This document shows positions 48,618 through 57,155 of a stretch of DNA of 64,000 nt, piece by piece; within the stretch, counting starts at the first letter, position 1; each line of letters begins with the position of its first letter. Both the position numbers and the translations under genes were made by a program. The notes under the pieces were generated by a model. It was not told the origin of the DNA and made no database searches. It saw nothing but the letters and a program-made list of their open reading frames with translations. This DNA is from an uncultured Gemmatimonadales bacterium (GTDB taxonomy: Bacteria > Gemmatimonadota > Gemmatimonadetes > Gemmatimonadales > GWC2-71-9), in NCBI GenBank assembly GCA_963798915.1, contig CAWCVB010000006.1, positions 256,001 through 320,000 on the forward strand. Direction: 5' to 3'.

Positions 48618-50459
48618 TCAGACGATCGCAGCGGCGTCGAGAATCAGCGCCGGCGACCCATCTGCCAGAATGGTGGCCCCTCCGAAGAACGTCGGCATCC
48701 CGCGGGGTGCCTCGAAGGGTTCGACAACGATGTCCTGCTGGCCCAGCAGGCGGTCCACGATCAAGGCGGCCCGCCGGTCCCCGACTTCGAGGATGATGCC
48801 CGGCCGCCGTCCGGGCGCCTCACCGCCGACGCGCACCAGCTCGCGGAGATGCACGGTCGGGATGGCGCGGTCGCGCACCACCAGTGCCTGGCGATCGCGC
48901 ACTGCGGTGACGCTCTTCAGGTCGAAATCAACCGTCTCGGCCACATAGGCGATCGGCACCGCATAGCGCTCGTCGCCGACACCGGCGAGCAGCGCACGGA
49001 CAATGGCGAGCGTCAGCGGAACGCGGAGCGCGAAAGTGACACCCGCCCCCTCGCGGGCGCTCACCGAGAGAGTACCACCCAAGGAACGCGCCCGCGTTGC
49101 GGCCACATCCACGCCGACGCCGCGACCTGAGACTCCGCTCACGGCGCCGGCCGTGCTGAACCCAGGCCGGGCAAGCACGCGCAGCAGCAGGTCGTCACTG
49201 AGTTCCTGGACCGCGGAGTCGATCACGCCGTCACGCTTGCCGCGCTGCAACATGGCATCCCGCTCGATGCCCCGGCCATCGTCCATCACCCGGATCACCA
49301 CCGTATTCCGCTCCCGGGCGGCGCTCACCACCACCCGGCCCTCGGCCGGCTTGCCCCGTGCCACTCGTTCGGCCGGCGACTCGAGACCATGGTCCACCGC
49401 ATTCCGGATCAGGTGCAGCAGCGGATCGCCGATTTCGTCGAGCACCGCACGATCCAGCTCTATGCCGCCGCCCTCGCTCTCGAAGCGCGCCTGCTTGCCG
49501 AGATCGCGCGCCAGGTCCCGGACCACCCGGGGAAATCGATCGAAGACCTCGGAGACCGGGCTCATGCGCGCCTGCAACACCTCGGCCTGCAGCTCACCCA
49601 CGAGCCGCGAGACCCGGTCGGCGACTGCCGCCAGTGGCATGTCGTCGCGCCCGGCAGCCAGATCGGCCAGGCGATTGCGGGCCACGACAAGCTCGCCGAC
49701 CTGCTTCATGAGCGCATCGAGGCGGCCGAGGTCGATCCGGATCTGGCGAGGCACCGCCGCCGCTCCAGCCGAGCCGTCGGCCAAACCGTTGCCGACCCGC
49801 ACCTCACTGATATCACCCGCACTCCGGATAGCGGCCTCGACCACGCTCAGATCGGCTCCGCCCCCAATCCGGAACGAGAAGTGGCCGTCGAAGTCGTCCC
49901 GCTCAAAGGCGGCAATACCGGGCCGGATGTCCGACACCGCACCCAGTGCCTCGGCCCGCCGCAGCGCCAGCATCGCCCGCCCACCGCGCAGCGGTGCATC
50001 AGGTCGGACGGCAACGAATACGCGTTGCGAAACAGGCTCCGTCGAGGCGCGCTCGGCAGGGGCGACCTCGCGCCACGCCGCCTGCGCCGCTCGATCCAGG
50101 GCGGCGGCGAGCTCGGCGTCATCGGCGCCGCTGCTCTCGCCACCGGCGCCAGCGCGGCCGACCGCCGCGGTAATGCCATCAACGGCCCCGAACAGAAGCT
50201 GAATGAGGGCCGGTGTAACCGCCACTCGGCCACCGCGGACGGCGTCCAACAGGTTCTCGGTGCGATGGGCCAGTCCTGACACACCCTCGTACCCCATGGT
50301 CGCCGCCATGCCCTTGATCGTGTGGATGGCGCGAAAAAGGCCAGCCACGGGTTCCACGGCTGCCGGATCGCGCTCCCATTCAAGCAGGTACTGATTGCAG
50401 GAGGTGAGATGCTCGCGACTCTCGGCAAGGAAGAGTGCCGCGTACTTGGACAGGTCCAT
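48618..50459 (-). CDS. cheA: Chemotaxis histidine kinase CheA (P1-P2-P3-P4-P5)
   Basis: FRAIHTIKGMAATMG, LLHLIRNAVDHG, DDGRGI, PGFST, SGRGVGVD, PLTLAI, GATILADG; ATG 50459. Confidence 0.97.
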   Translation of the reverse strand: MDLSKYAALFLAESREHLTSCNQYLLEWERDPAAVEPVAGLFRAIHTIKGMAATMGYEGVSGLAHRTENLLDAVRGGRVAVTPALIQLLFGAVDGITAAVGRAGAGGESSGADDAELAAALDRAAQAAWREVAPAERASTEPVSQRVFVAVRPDAPLRGGRAMLALRRAEALGAVSDIRPGIAAFERDDFDGHFSFRIGGGADLSVVEAAIRSAGDISEVRVGNGLADGSAGAAAVPRQIRIDLGRLDALMKQVGELVVARNRLADLAAGRDDMPLAAVADRVSRLVGELQAEVLQARMSPVSEVFDRFPRVVRDLARDLGKQARFESEGGGIELDRAVLDEIGDPLLHLIRNAVDHGLESPAERVARGKPAEGRVVVSAARERNTVVIRVMDDGRGIERDAMLQRGKRDGVIDSAVQELSDDLLLRVLARPGFSTAGAVSGVSGRGVGVDVAATRARSLGGTLSVSAREGAGVTFALRVPLTLAIVRALLAGVGDERYAVPIAYVAETVDFDLKSVTAVRDRQALVVRDRAIPTVHLRELVRVGGEAPGRRPGIILEVGDRRAALIVDRLLGQQDIVVEPFEAPRGMPTFFGGATILADGSPALILDAAAIV

Positions 50460-50463
50460 GGCG

Positions 50464-50826
50464 TCAGCCGAGGACGCGCTGTACGGCCTCGAGGACGCGG
50501 GACGGTTGAAATGGCTTGACCACAAAATCCTTGGCGCCGGCCTGGATCGCCTCCACCACGAGCGCCTGCTGCCCCATGGCGCTGCACATCAGGATCTTGG
50601 CGTCGGGGTCAACCTTGCAGATGGCCCGCACCGCGTCAATTCCACCCATGTCCGGCATGACGATATCCATCGTGACCAGGTCCGGCTTGAGCTGATGGTA
50701 CTTGTCCACCGCCTGCACGCCGCTCTCGGCTTCGCCGACAACCTCGAAGCCCGCCTGGGTCAGGATGTCGCTGATCATGGTACGCATGAAGATGGCATCA
50801 TCGCAGACCAGCACAGTATGACCCAC
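50464..50826 (-). CDS. cheY: Response regulator CheY (Bacillus/Thermotoga-like)
   Basis: VCDDAIFMR, MDIVMP, CSAMGQQALV, FVVKPF. Confidence 0.95.
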   Translation of the reverse strand: MGHTVLVCDDAIFMRTMISDILTQAGFEVVGEAESGVQAVDKYHQLKPDLVTMDIVMPDMGGIDAVRAICKVDPDAKILMCSAMGQQALVVEAIQAGAKDFVVKPFQPSRVLEAVQRVLG

Positions 50827-50857
50827 GCACCACCTCCGTAACGGTCAGATATCTGCG

Positions 50858-51313
50858 TCAGCTCGACGCCACGCGCTCGGATGACAGGACCGGACCGCAC
50901 AGCGCGTCCAGATCAAGAATGACGAAGTGCTCGCCTTCATGCCGCGCGACGGCCCGGACCATCACTGGATCGACGCCTGGCAACTGTTCTCGTGCGGCGA
51001 CTGACGACTCCGGGAGGGAAAAGAAGTCTCGCACCTCACCAACCTCGAGCCCGATCAGTCGCCCCACGACCTGCACGACCAGGATGGCGCCCTCGTCGCC
51101 CTCGCCACGGGGCTGCTGCAGCAACCGGTGCGCGTCCAGCACGGTCAGCAGGCCTCCCCGTACATTGACGAGGCCCGAAACCGCTGATGCCACCCCCGGG
51201 ATCCTCGTTGCCTGAAGGCTCGGGAGGATCTCCCGCACAATCCCTGCCGAGGCCCCGCAAATCAGGGTCCCGACTCGAAACACGACGGCGTGCAATACCG
51301 GAGAGTCAGGCAT
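50858..51313 (-). CDS. cheW: Chemotaxis adaptor CheW
   Basis: VREIL, TRIPGV...GLVNVRGGLLTVLD, IGLEVGEV, ILDL; ATG 51313 overlaps the rluD end. Confidence 0.9.
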   Translation of the reverse strand: MPDSPVLHAVVFRVGTLICGASAGIVREILPSLQATRIPGVASAVSGLVNVRGGLLTVLDAHRLLQQPRGEGDEGAILVVQVVGRLIGLEVGEVRDFFSLPESSVAAREQLPGVDPVMVRAVARHEGEHFVILDLDALCGPVLSSERVASS

Positions 51314-52310
51314 CTCTATTGAAGAACCGAAGATACCGAAGCGGCGCATCCTGAGCAACAAGTTCTGTGTCAGCTGCGAGCCTCAGGGCCGGCATCAGGT
51401 CCGCGGGCCAATCCGCCTGTAGTACGAGCGGTTTACCGCTGGCCGGATGGCGAAATGCCAGAGCGGCCGCATGCAGCGCCTGACGTGGCGTGGCCCGTTC
51501 GATCCGTTCTGCGAGCGGCCGCGCCGCCCCGCTGATCCTCCGGCTCCCCCCTGCCCCGTAGGTGGCATCGCCGACGACCGGATGCCCAATGTGTTCCAGA
51601 TGCACACGAATCTGGTGAGTCCGGCCCGTCTCGAGGTCGATCCGGAGCAGTTCGCAGACCTCGAAGCGACCGATCACCTGAATTTCCGATGCTGCTGCGC
51701 GGCCGTGGGGCGAGACCGCCATTCGCTTCCGGTCAGCCAGTGCCCGGGCGATCGGCTGCTCGATGCGCACGGGCGACTGGGGCAGGTGGCCCCACGCGAG
51801 CGCAGCGTAGGTGCGATGCACCTGTCGCGCAGCAATGGCGCGACTGAGTCGGCGGTGTGACTCGTCAGTTTTTGCGACGATCATGAGCCCGGATGTATCG
51901 CGGTCGAGCCGATGGACGATGCCCGGCCGTCCGGCCGCGCCGCCCGCCAGGGTCAGGCCTCGGGCCACCAGAGCGTTGACCAGCGTGTCATCCCAATGCC
52001 CTGGGGCCGGATGCACCACGAGGCCGGCGGGCTTATTGACCACCGCGAGTGCCTCATCCTCGTATACGATATCGAGTGGAATGTCGGCCGGCGTGAGCCG
52101 GCGCGGCGGCTCAGCATCAGGAAGATCGAGTTCGACGAGATCGCGCCGCTCGAGCACGCGCGACGCGCGCACGGTGGCTCCGTTGACCCGAACCCGCTGC
52201 CCGGCGAGCAGCCGGGCGACCTGGGTTCGGGAAAGCTGCAGCTGGTCGGCCAGGAAGCGGTCGATGCGCTCCGTCACCTCGACCAGAACGCAGAGACCGA
52301 TGGCCGGCAC
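51306..52310 (-). CDS. rluD: 23S rRNA pseudouridine synthase RluD family
   Basis: S4 domain RIDRFLA, VNKPAGLVVHP, HRLDRDTSG, TGRTHQIRVH, QALHA. Confidence 0.93.
   Translation of the reverse strand: MPAIGLCVLVEVTERIDRFLADQLQLSRTQVARLLAGQRVRVNGATVRASRVLERRDLVELDLPDAEPPRRLTPADIPLDIVYEDEALAVVNKPAGLVVHPAPGHWDDTLVNALVARGLTLAGGAAGRPGIVHRLDRDTSGLMIVAKTDESHRRLSRAIAARQVHRTYAALAWGHLPQSPVRIEQPIARALADRKRMAVSPHGRAAASEIQVIGRFEVCELLRIDLETGRTHQIRVHLEHIGHPVVGDATYGAGGSRRISGAARPLAERIERATPRQALHAAALAFRHPASGKPLVLQADWPADLMPALRLAADTELVAQDAPLRYLRFFNRDA
51330..51358 (-). promoter_or_regulatory. Putative sigma70 promoter of the che/mgl operon, inside the rluD 3' end
   Basis: TTGCTC-N17-TATCTT, 16 nt before cheW ATG 51313. 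Confidence 0.5.
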
Positions 52311-52320
52311 AGGTGACGGT

Positions 52321-52839
52321 TCAGGAGGTCGGCGGAGCGGGCGCGGGAGCCGACGCGGCGCGACGCGCGTCCTCACGCCAGAGCGAAAGCGCCAGCGCGA
52401 TTGCGCCGCACGTCACACCAGAGTCCGCCACATTGAACGTGGGCCATCGGTGCATCCCGATGCCGACATCCAGGAAGTCGGTCACCCCGTGCGCAGTGCG
52501 GATCCGGTCCACCAGGTTGCCCGCCGCACCGCCAGCCACCAGTCCCAGCGCCAGTTGCCGCACCCAGTCCCCGGGCGGCGTGTTGCGGGAGAACCGGAAC
52601 AGGAGCACCACGGCCAGAATGGCAATGGCCATGAAGATCCACCGGGAGTAGGCGCCGAGGTGCAGCCCGAAGGCGGCCCCCTGGTTGAAGACCAGGTGCA
52701 GGCGCACCCAGTCCCCGAGAAGGGAGACCGTGCGACCGTCCCCCAGGAACGACTCGGCCAGATACTTCGTGACAGCGTCGAGCGCCAGAACCAGCGCCGC
52801 CGCGGCCGCGAAGACCTGCCGGTCACTTCCGTTTCGCAT
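52321..52839 (-). CDS. lspA: Lipoprotein signal peptidase II
   Basis: DAVTK, NQGAAFG, GGAAGNLVDR, VTDFL, WPTFNVADS. Confidence 0.95.
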   Translation of the reverse strand: MRNGSDRQVFAAAAALVLALDAVTKYLAESFLGDGRTVSLLGDWVRLHLVFNQGAAFGLHLGAYSRWIFMAIAILAVVLLFRFSRNTPPGDWVRQLALGLVAGGAAGNLVDRIRTAHGVTDFLDVGIGMHRWPTFNVADSGVTCGAIALALSLWREDARRAASAPAPAPPTS

Positions 52840-53206
52840 CCTCTTCCTTCTCCTTGCACGAGATGCAGAGCCGCGCGTGGGGCAGCGCGTCAAGCCGCTC
52901 GAAATTGATTTCCTGTCCGCAGGTGTGGCAGCGCCCAAACTTCTCGGGACTGGAGTACATGCGGCGGAGCGCCTCATTCACGTGCCAGAGGTAGCGCCCT
53001 TCCTGGGAGGCGAAAAGAAATTGCTTCTCGCGCTCCATGGCATCGGTGCCCTGGTCGGCCATGTGAAACGAATAGGAGGACAGGTCGCCGTCACCGCCCT
53101 GCAGCGAGGCGTTGAATGACTCGTCGTAGTAGCCCAGTTCCTTCATGACCCGGGCGCGCTCCTCGAGGAGTCGCTTCTCGAGGTGTGCCAGCTGCTTCTT
53201 GTTCAT
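52823..53206 (-). CDS. DksA/TraR C4 zinc-finger protein
   Basis: Coiled coil with HMADQGTD tip; CHTC...ERLDALPHARLCISC. Confidence 0.9.
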   Translation of the reverse strand: MNKKQLAHLEKRLLEERARVMKELGYYDESFNASLQGGDGDLSSYSFHMADQGTDAMEREKQFLFASQEGRYLWHVNEALRRMYSSPEKFGRCHTCGQEINFERLDALPHARLCISCKEKEEDAKRK

Positions 53207-56200
53207 GCTGCATCCACTGGTTGAGGGTCTGAGCGATCATCCGGCTGCTCATGCCGCGTGAGTCCTACCAGGAGCGTCGCACCGTCGAGCTCCACGCGTT
53301 GCTCCCACTCGGGCTTCGGCGCGCGAGCCCCGAAGTCCAGCCGCCGCGCCAGCGTTTCCTCGCCGATGGTGCCGGCGTGCGGGCGCAGCGCATCCAGGAC
53401 GGCGGGGTCGCCGTCCACGTACAGCGCGATCCGTGACGTGTACTCCAGGCCGGCATCCTTGCGAAGACGCTGGACCCGGTTCACCATCTCACGTGCGAGC
53501 CCTTCGGCCCGGAGCTCGGCATCCAGCGCCGGATCAAGGGCCGCCACGTAGGGCCCGGCACTCCGTACCAGCCAGTCACTCGCCACTGCACGCTCCACGG
53601 TGACGTCCTCGGGCTGCAGCATCAGCCGCTCGCCGTCGGTCGCCACTTCGACCGTCCCGCCCGCTTCCAGGGTTCGCAAGTCGTCAGCCGACAGCGCCGC
53701 GGCGACCCGCGCCACCTCCGGCGTGCGCTTGCCGAACCGCTTGCCCAGCGATCGGAAGTTGGGTCGAGCCCGGAGTTCCACGAGTTCCGCATCGGATTCG
53801 GCCACGGTGACCGACTTGACGTTCACCTCCGACGCGAGGAGACCAAGCAAGGCGTCGAAATCCGGACCGCGCACCTGGGCCGGAACGGCGACCTGCAGTC
53901 GGGCGAGAGGCTGCCGCACCCGGAGGCCGGCGTCCTCACGGCCCGAGCGAGCCAGCGTGGCCAGGCGACGGACGGCATCCATGGCTCGCTCCAGCGGTTC
54001 GTCGCGATCTCCGGCCTCGGGAAATGCCGCGAGATGTACCGAGGTGTCCGTGAGCGACCGGTGCATCCAATCGGGGGCAAACGGGGCGACCGGCGCCAGC
54101 AACCGGGCGACCGTCACCAGCGCCTCGTGCAGAGCCCAGACGGCTGCCGGATCGGCCGCGCGGTCGGGCGCCCAGAAGCGGGCGCGGTTGGTGCGCACGT
54201 ACCAGTTGCTCAGATCGTCAACGACGAAATCCATCACCGCGCGTGTGCCCGTGGTGACATCGTAAGCGCTCCACGCCGCCGTTACACTCGCCACCGTTGC
54301 CGCCAGCCGGCTGCGCAACCAGCGATCGGCCCGAGTCGGCTCGCCCGGCTCGGCCGGCAGTGCCTCGCCGGCGTACCGCCGGAAGAACTCATAGGTGTTG
54401 CGCAGGGTATTCTGAAAGCCGCCGACCAGTTCGGGAATGCCCCGGGCGTCGAACCGCTTGGGCAGCCACACTTGGCTGGCGGCCAGCAGATAGAGCCGAA
54501 CGGCGTCGGCGCCGTAGGCGTCGATGACTGCCCACGGCTCGACAATATTGCCCCGGGTCTTGGACATCTTCTGCCCATCCGGGTCCAGCACAAGTTCGTT
54601 GACGATCACATGGCGATAGGCCGGCGCATCGAAGGCGGCAGTGGCAATGGCAAGCAGCGAATAGAACCAGCCACGGGTCTGATCCACGCCTTCGCAGATG
54701 AAGTCGGCCGGAAAGTGACGCTCAAATTCGGCCTGGTGCTCGAATGGGTAATGCCACTGGGCATAGGGCATCGATCCGGAGTCGAACCAGGTATCCACGA
54801 CTTCGGGCGTCCGGCGCATGGTACCGCCGCAGGCACATGGCCACGTGTAGTCATCCACCGCGGGCTTGTGCGGATCGAAGTCCTCCGGCAACACCGAGCC
54901 GTGCCGCTCCGCGAGTGAGGCAAAGGAGCCGATCACCTCGACATGCGCATCATCCAGGTCGCAGACCCAGACCGGCAACGGCGTGCCCCAGTAGCGGTCA
55001 CGGGACAGGGCCCAGTCCACGTTGTTCTCGAGCCACTCGCCGAAGCGGCCGGCGCCCAATTCGGGCGGATGCCAATCAACCTGACGGTTGAATTCCAGCA
55101 TCCGCGCCTTGACGGTCGAAGTTCGCACGAACCAGCTGTCCCTCGCGTAGTAAATCAGCGGACTGCGGCAACGCCAGCAATGGGGATAGCTATGCTGGTA
55201 CGGCACGCTCAGGTGCCAGCGACCCGCCTGCTTGAGCCGCTGGACAATGAGCTCGTTGGTCTCACGGGCCGTGACAAGCCGCCCCTCGATCTCGGGCCAC
55301 CGCGTGCCTTCGAAGGTGCCGTCGGCCGCCACCGGCCGCACCAGCGCCAGGCCGTGCTCCCGGCCGGCCGCGTGATCATCCGCCCCGAACGCCGGCGCCA
55401 TATGCACCAGCCCGGACCCATCGTCGCCACTCACGAAGTCGGCCGGCACGACCACACACGATTCGCGGTCGTCTGGCAGCGCCACCTCGTCGATCGGCCT
55501 GGCGTAGCGAAGTCCCACCAGTTTCCGGCCCGGAAAGGTCCGCTCGGGTCCCAGATCCTGGAACGCCGGCGCCCCCTTGGCGGCACTGCTGGGCAGGGCA
55601 TCGCGCGCCACCGCAAGGATCAGCACGCGATCACCCACCCGATACTCGCCATACTCCAGCGCCGGGTTCACTGCCACGGCAACATTGGACAGCAATGTCC
55701 ACGGAGTCGTGGTCCAGACCAGCAACTCACGGCCAGTCCCATCCGCCAGCGGGAAGGTGACGTAGATGGAGTTGGTCGTGACGTCCTCGTACCCCTGCGC
55801 GAGCTCGTGACTCGAGAGCACCGTCCCGCAGCGCGGGCAATACGGCAGGACGCGATGACCCCGATACAGGAGCTTGCGCTGGTGCAGCCGGTGGAGGAGC
55901 CACCAGACCGTCTCCACGTAGTCACGCGAATACGTAACGTAGGGATGCTCGTAGTCGAGCCAGTAGCCGATCCGGTCGCTCAGCGACTCCCAGTCCTCCT
56001 TGTAGCGGAAGACGGAAGCTCGGGCACGCTGATTGAATTGGGCGACCCCATACGATTCAATGTCCTTCTTGCCCGACAGCTGCAGTTCCTTCTCAACCTC
56101 GATCTCCACCGGCAGACCGTGCGTGTCCCAACCCGCGATGCGCGTAACCGAGCGCCCCTGCATGGTCTGGAACCGGCAGATCAGGTCCTTGATGCTGCGC

Positions 56201-56382
56201 GAGAAGACGTGGTGAATGCCAGGACGACCATTGGCAGTCGGTGGACCTTCGAAGAAGACAAATGGTTCACCAGCTCGCGTGGCCTCGAGCGTCTTTCGGA
56301 ACAGGCCTTCGGCCCGCCAGCGTTCGAGCAGGTCCTGCTCGAGCTGGGTGGCTGGTCCTTCAGGCCAGGGCCGAAATGCCAT
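53203..56382 (-). CDS. ileS: Isoleucine--tRNA ligase, type 2, with GIHH signature
   Basis: EGPPTANGRPGIHH, GWDTHGLPVE, WTTTPWTL, DWALSRDRYWGTP, EGVDQTRGWF, KMSKT; no C-terminal Zn finger. Confidence 0.97.
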   Translation of the reverse strand: MAFRPWPEGPATQLEQDLLERWRAEGLFRKTLEATRAGEPFVFFEGPPTANGRPGIHHVFSRSIKDLICRFQTMQGRSVTRIAGWDTHGLPVEIEVEKELQLSGKKDIESYGVAQFNQRARASVFRYKEDWESLSDRIGYWLDYEHPYVTYSRDYVETVWWLLHRLHQRKLLYRGHRVLPYCPRCGTVLSSHELAQGYEDVTTNSIYVTFPLADGTGRELLVWTTTPWTLLSNVAVAVNPALEYGEYRVGDRVLILAVARDALPSSAAKGAPAFQDLGPERTFPGRKLVGLRYARPIDEVALPDDRESCVVVPADFVSGDDGSGLVHMAPAFGADDHAAGREHGLALVRPVAADGTFEGTRWPEIEGRLVTARETNELIVQRLKQAGRWHLSVPYQHSYPHCWRCRSPLIYYARDSWFVRTSTVKARMLEFNRQVDWHPPELGAGRFGEWLENNVDWALSRDRYWGTPLPVWVCDLDDAHVEVIGSFASLAERHGSVLPEDFDPHKPAVDDYTWPCACGGTMRRTPEVVDTWFDSGSMPYAQWHYPFEHQAEFERHFPADFICEGVDQTRGWFYSLLAIATAAFDAPAYRHVIVNELVLDPDGQKMSKTRGNIVEPWAVIDAYGADAVRLYLLAASQVWLPKRFDARGIPELVGGFQNTLRNTYEFFRRYAGEALPAEPGEPTRADRWLRSRLAATVASVTAAWSAYDVTTGTRAVMDFVVDDLSNWYVRTNRARFWAPDRAADPAAVWALHEALVTVARLLAPVAPFAPDWMHRSLTDTSVHLAAFPEAGDRDEPLERAMDAVRRLATLARSGREDAGLRVRQPLARLQVAVPAQVRGPDFDALLGLLASEVNVKSVTVAESDAELVELRARPNFRSLGKRFGKRTPEVARVAAALSADDLRTLEAGGTVEVATDGERLMLQPEDVTVERAVASDWLVRSAGPYVAALDPALDAELRAEGLAREMVNRVQRLRKDAGLEYTSRIALYVDGDPAVLDALRPHAGTIGEETLARRLDFGARAPKPEWEQRVELDGATLLVGLTRHEQPDDRSDPQPVDAA

Positions 56383-56428
56383 CGTCGCACCAACTCCGGT
56401 CTTGCGGTTCGAACAGCGCCCGGCGGCC

Positions 56429-57109
56429 TTACGGGCGAGCGCCGAAGAGCACGGTGCCGAGACGCAGCATGGTCGCGCCCTCGGCCACGGCCGCCGGATA
56501 ATCGCCTGACATGCCCATCGACAGTTCCGGCAGGTAGTGCCCCGCCGCCCGAGCGCGGTCGCGCAGCGCGCGCAACCGGGCAAAGGTCTGTCGCTGGACG
56601 GCCTCGCCGGCATCGGCAGCTGCCATGGTCATCAAGCCACGCATCTCGATTCCCGGGAGGCCTCGCGCCTGATCCAGCAGCGTCTCCAGTGCGTCAGGCG
56701 CAACGCCGCCCTTCTGCGGCTCGTCCGAGCAATTCACCTGGATCAGCACCGCCTGCGGCGACGAACCCGCGCGCTGGCTGATCTGCGCCGCCAGCTCGAT
56801 ACGGTCCACCGAGTGAATCAGGGCGAACGCCCCGGTGGCGCTTCGGACCTTGTTCCGCTGGAGGGTGCCGACCAGGTGCCACTCGACTGCGAGGCCCGCG
56901 AGCACTTCCTGCTTGGCGAGCGCCTCCTGCACGCGGTTTTCCCCCACCGCATCGAGCCCTTCGCGCACCGCGGCGGCGACCGCCTCGGGTCCGAAGGTCT
57001 TGGTGATCGCGACGATGCGCACCGGATGGGACCACCCGCCCTGCCCCTGCCGGACGGCAATCTCCTCCCGCACCAGCCGGAGGCGCTCGCCGAGAGGCTC
57101 GAAATACAT
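56429..57109 (-). CDS. yggS: PLP homeostasis protein (YggS/PLPBP)
   Basis: VAITKT, GENRVQE, WHLVGTLQRNK, IHSVD, GLMTM, LSMGMSGD, RLGTVLFG. Confidence 0.96.
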   Translation of the reverse strand: MYFEPLGERLRLVREEIAVRQGQGGWSHPVRIVAITKTFGPEAVAAAVREGLDAVGENRVQEALAKQEVLAGLAVEWHLVGTLQRNKVRSATGAFALIHSVDRIELAAQISQRAGSSPQAVLIQVNCSDEPQKGGVAPDALETLLDQARGLPGIEMRGLMTMAAADAGEAVQRQTFARLRALRDRARAAGHYLPELSMGMSGDYPAAVAEGATMLRLGTVLFGARP

Positions 57110-57117
57110 AGCCTTCA

Positions 57118-57123
57118 AATTTA
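57118..57123 (-). promoter_or_regulatory. Putative -10 element of a leaderless yggS transcript
   Basis: TAAATT 8 nt before ATG 57109. Confidence 0.35.
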
Positions 57124-57155
57124 GCGGAACTGAGGTCTGGAGAGAAGGTTGCGCG

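Noticed and set aside
30996..51313. Genomic island integrated at tRNA-Val or tRNA-Asp
   Set aside because: No integrase, transposase or duplicated tRNA 3' end seen; composition looks like the flanks by eye; cheW overlaps rluD
33281..51313. Anti-phage defence interpretation of the ATPase/TPR/peptidase genes
   Set aside because: The ATPase is DnaA-clade rather than STAND, no nuclease/TIR/SIR2 effector is seen, and the context is chemosensory and housekeeping
56383..56428. T-box or other leader upstream of ileS
   Set aside because: Only 46 nt separate yggS and ileS; no T-box motif
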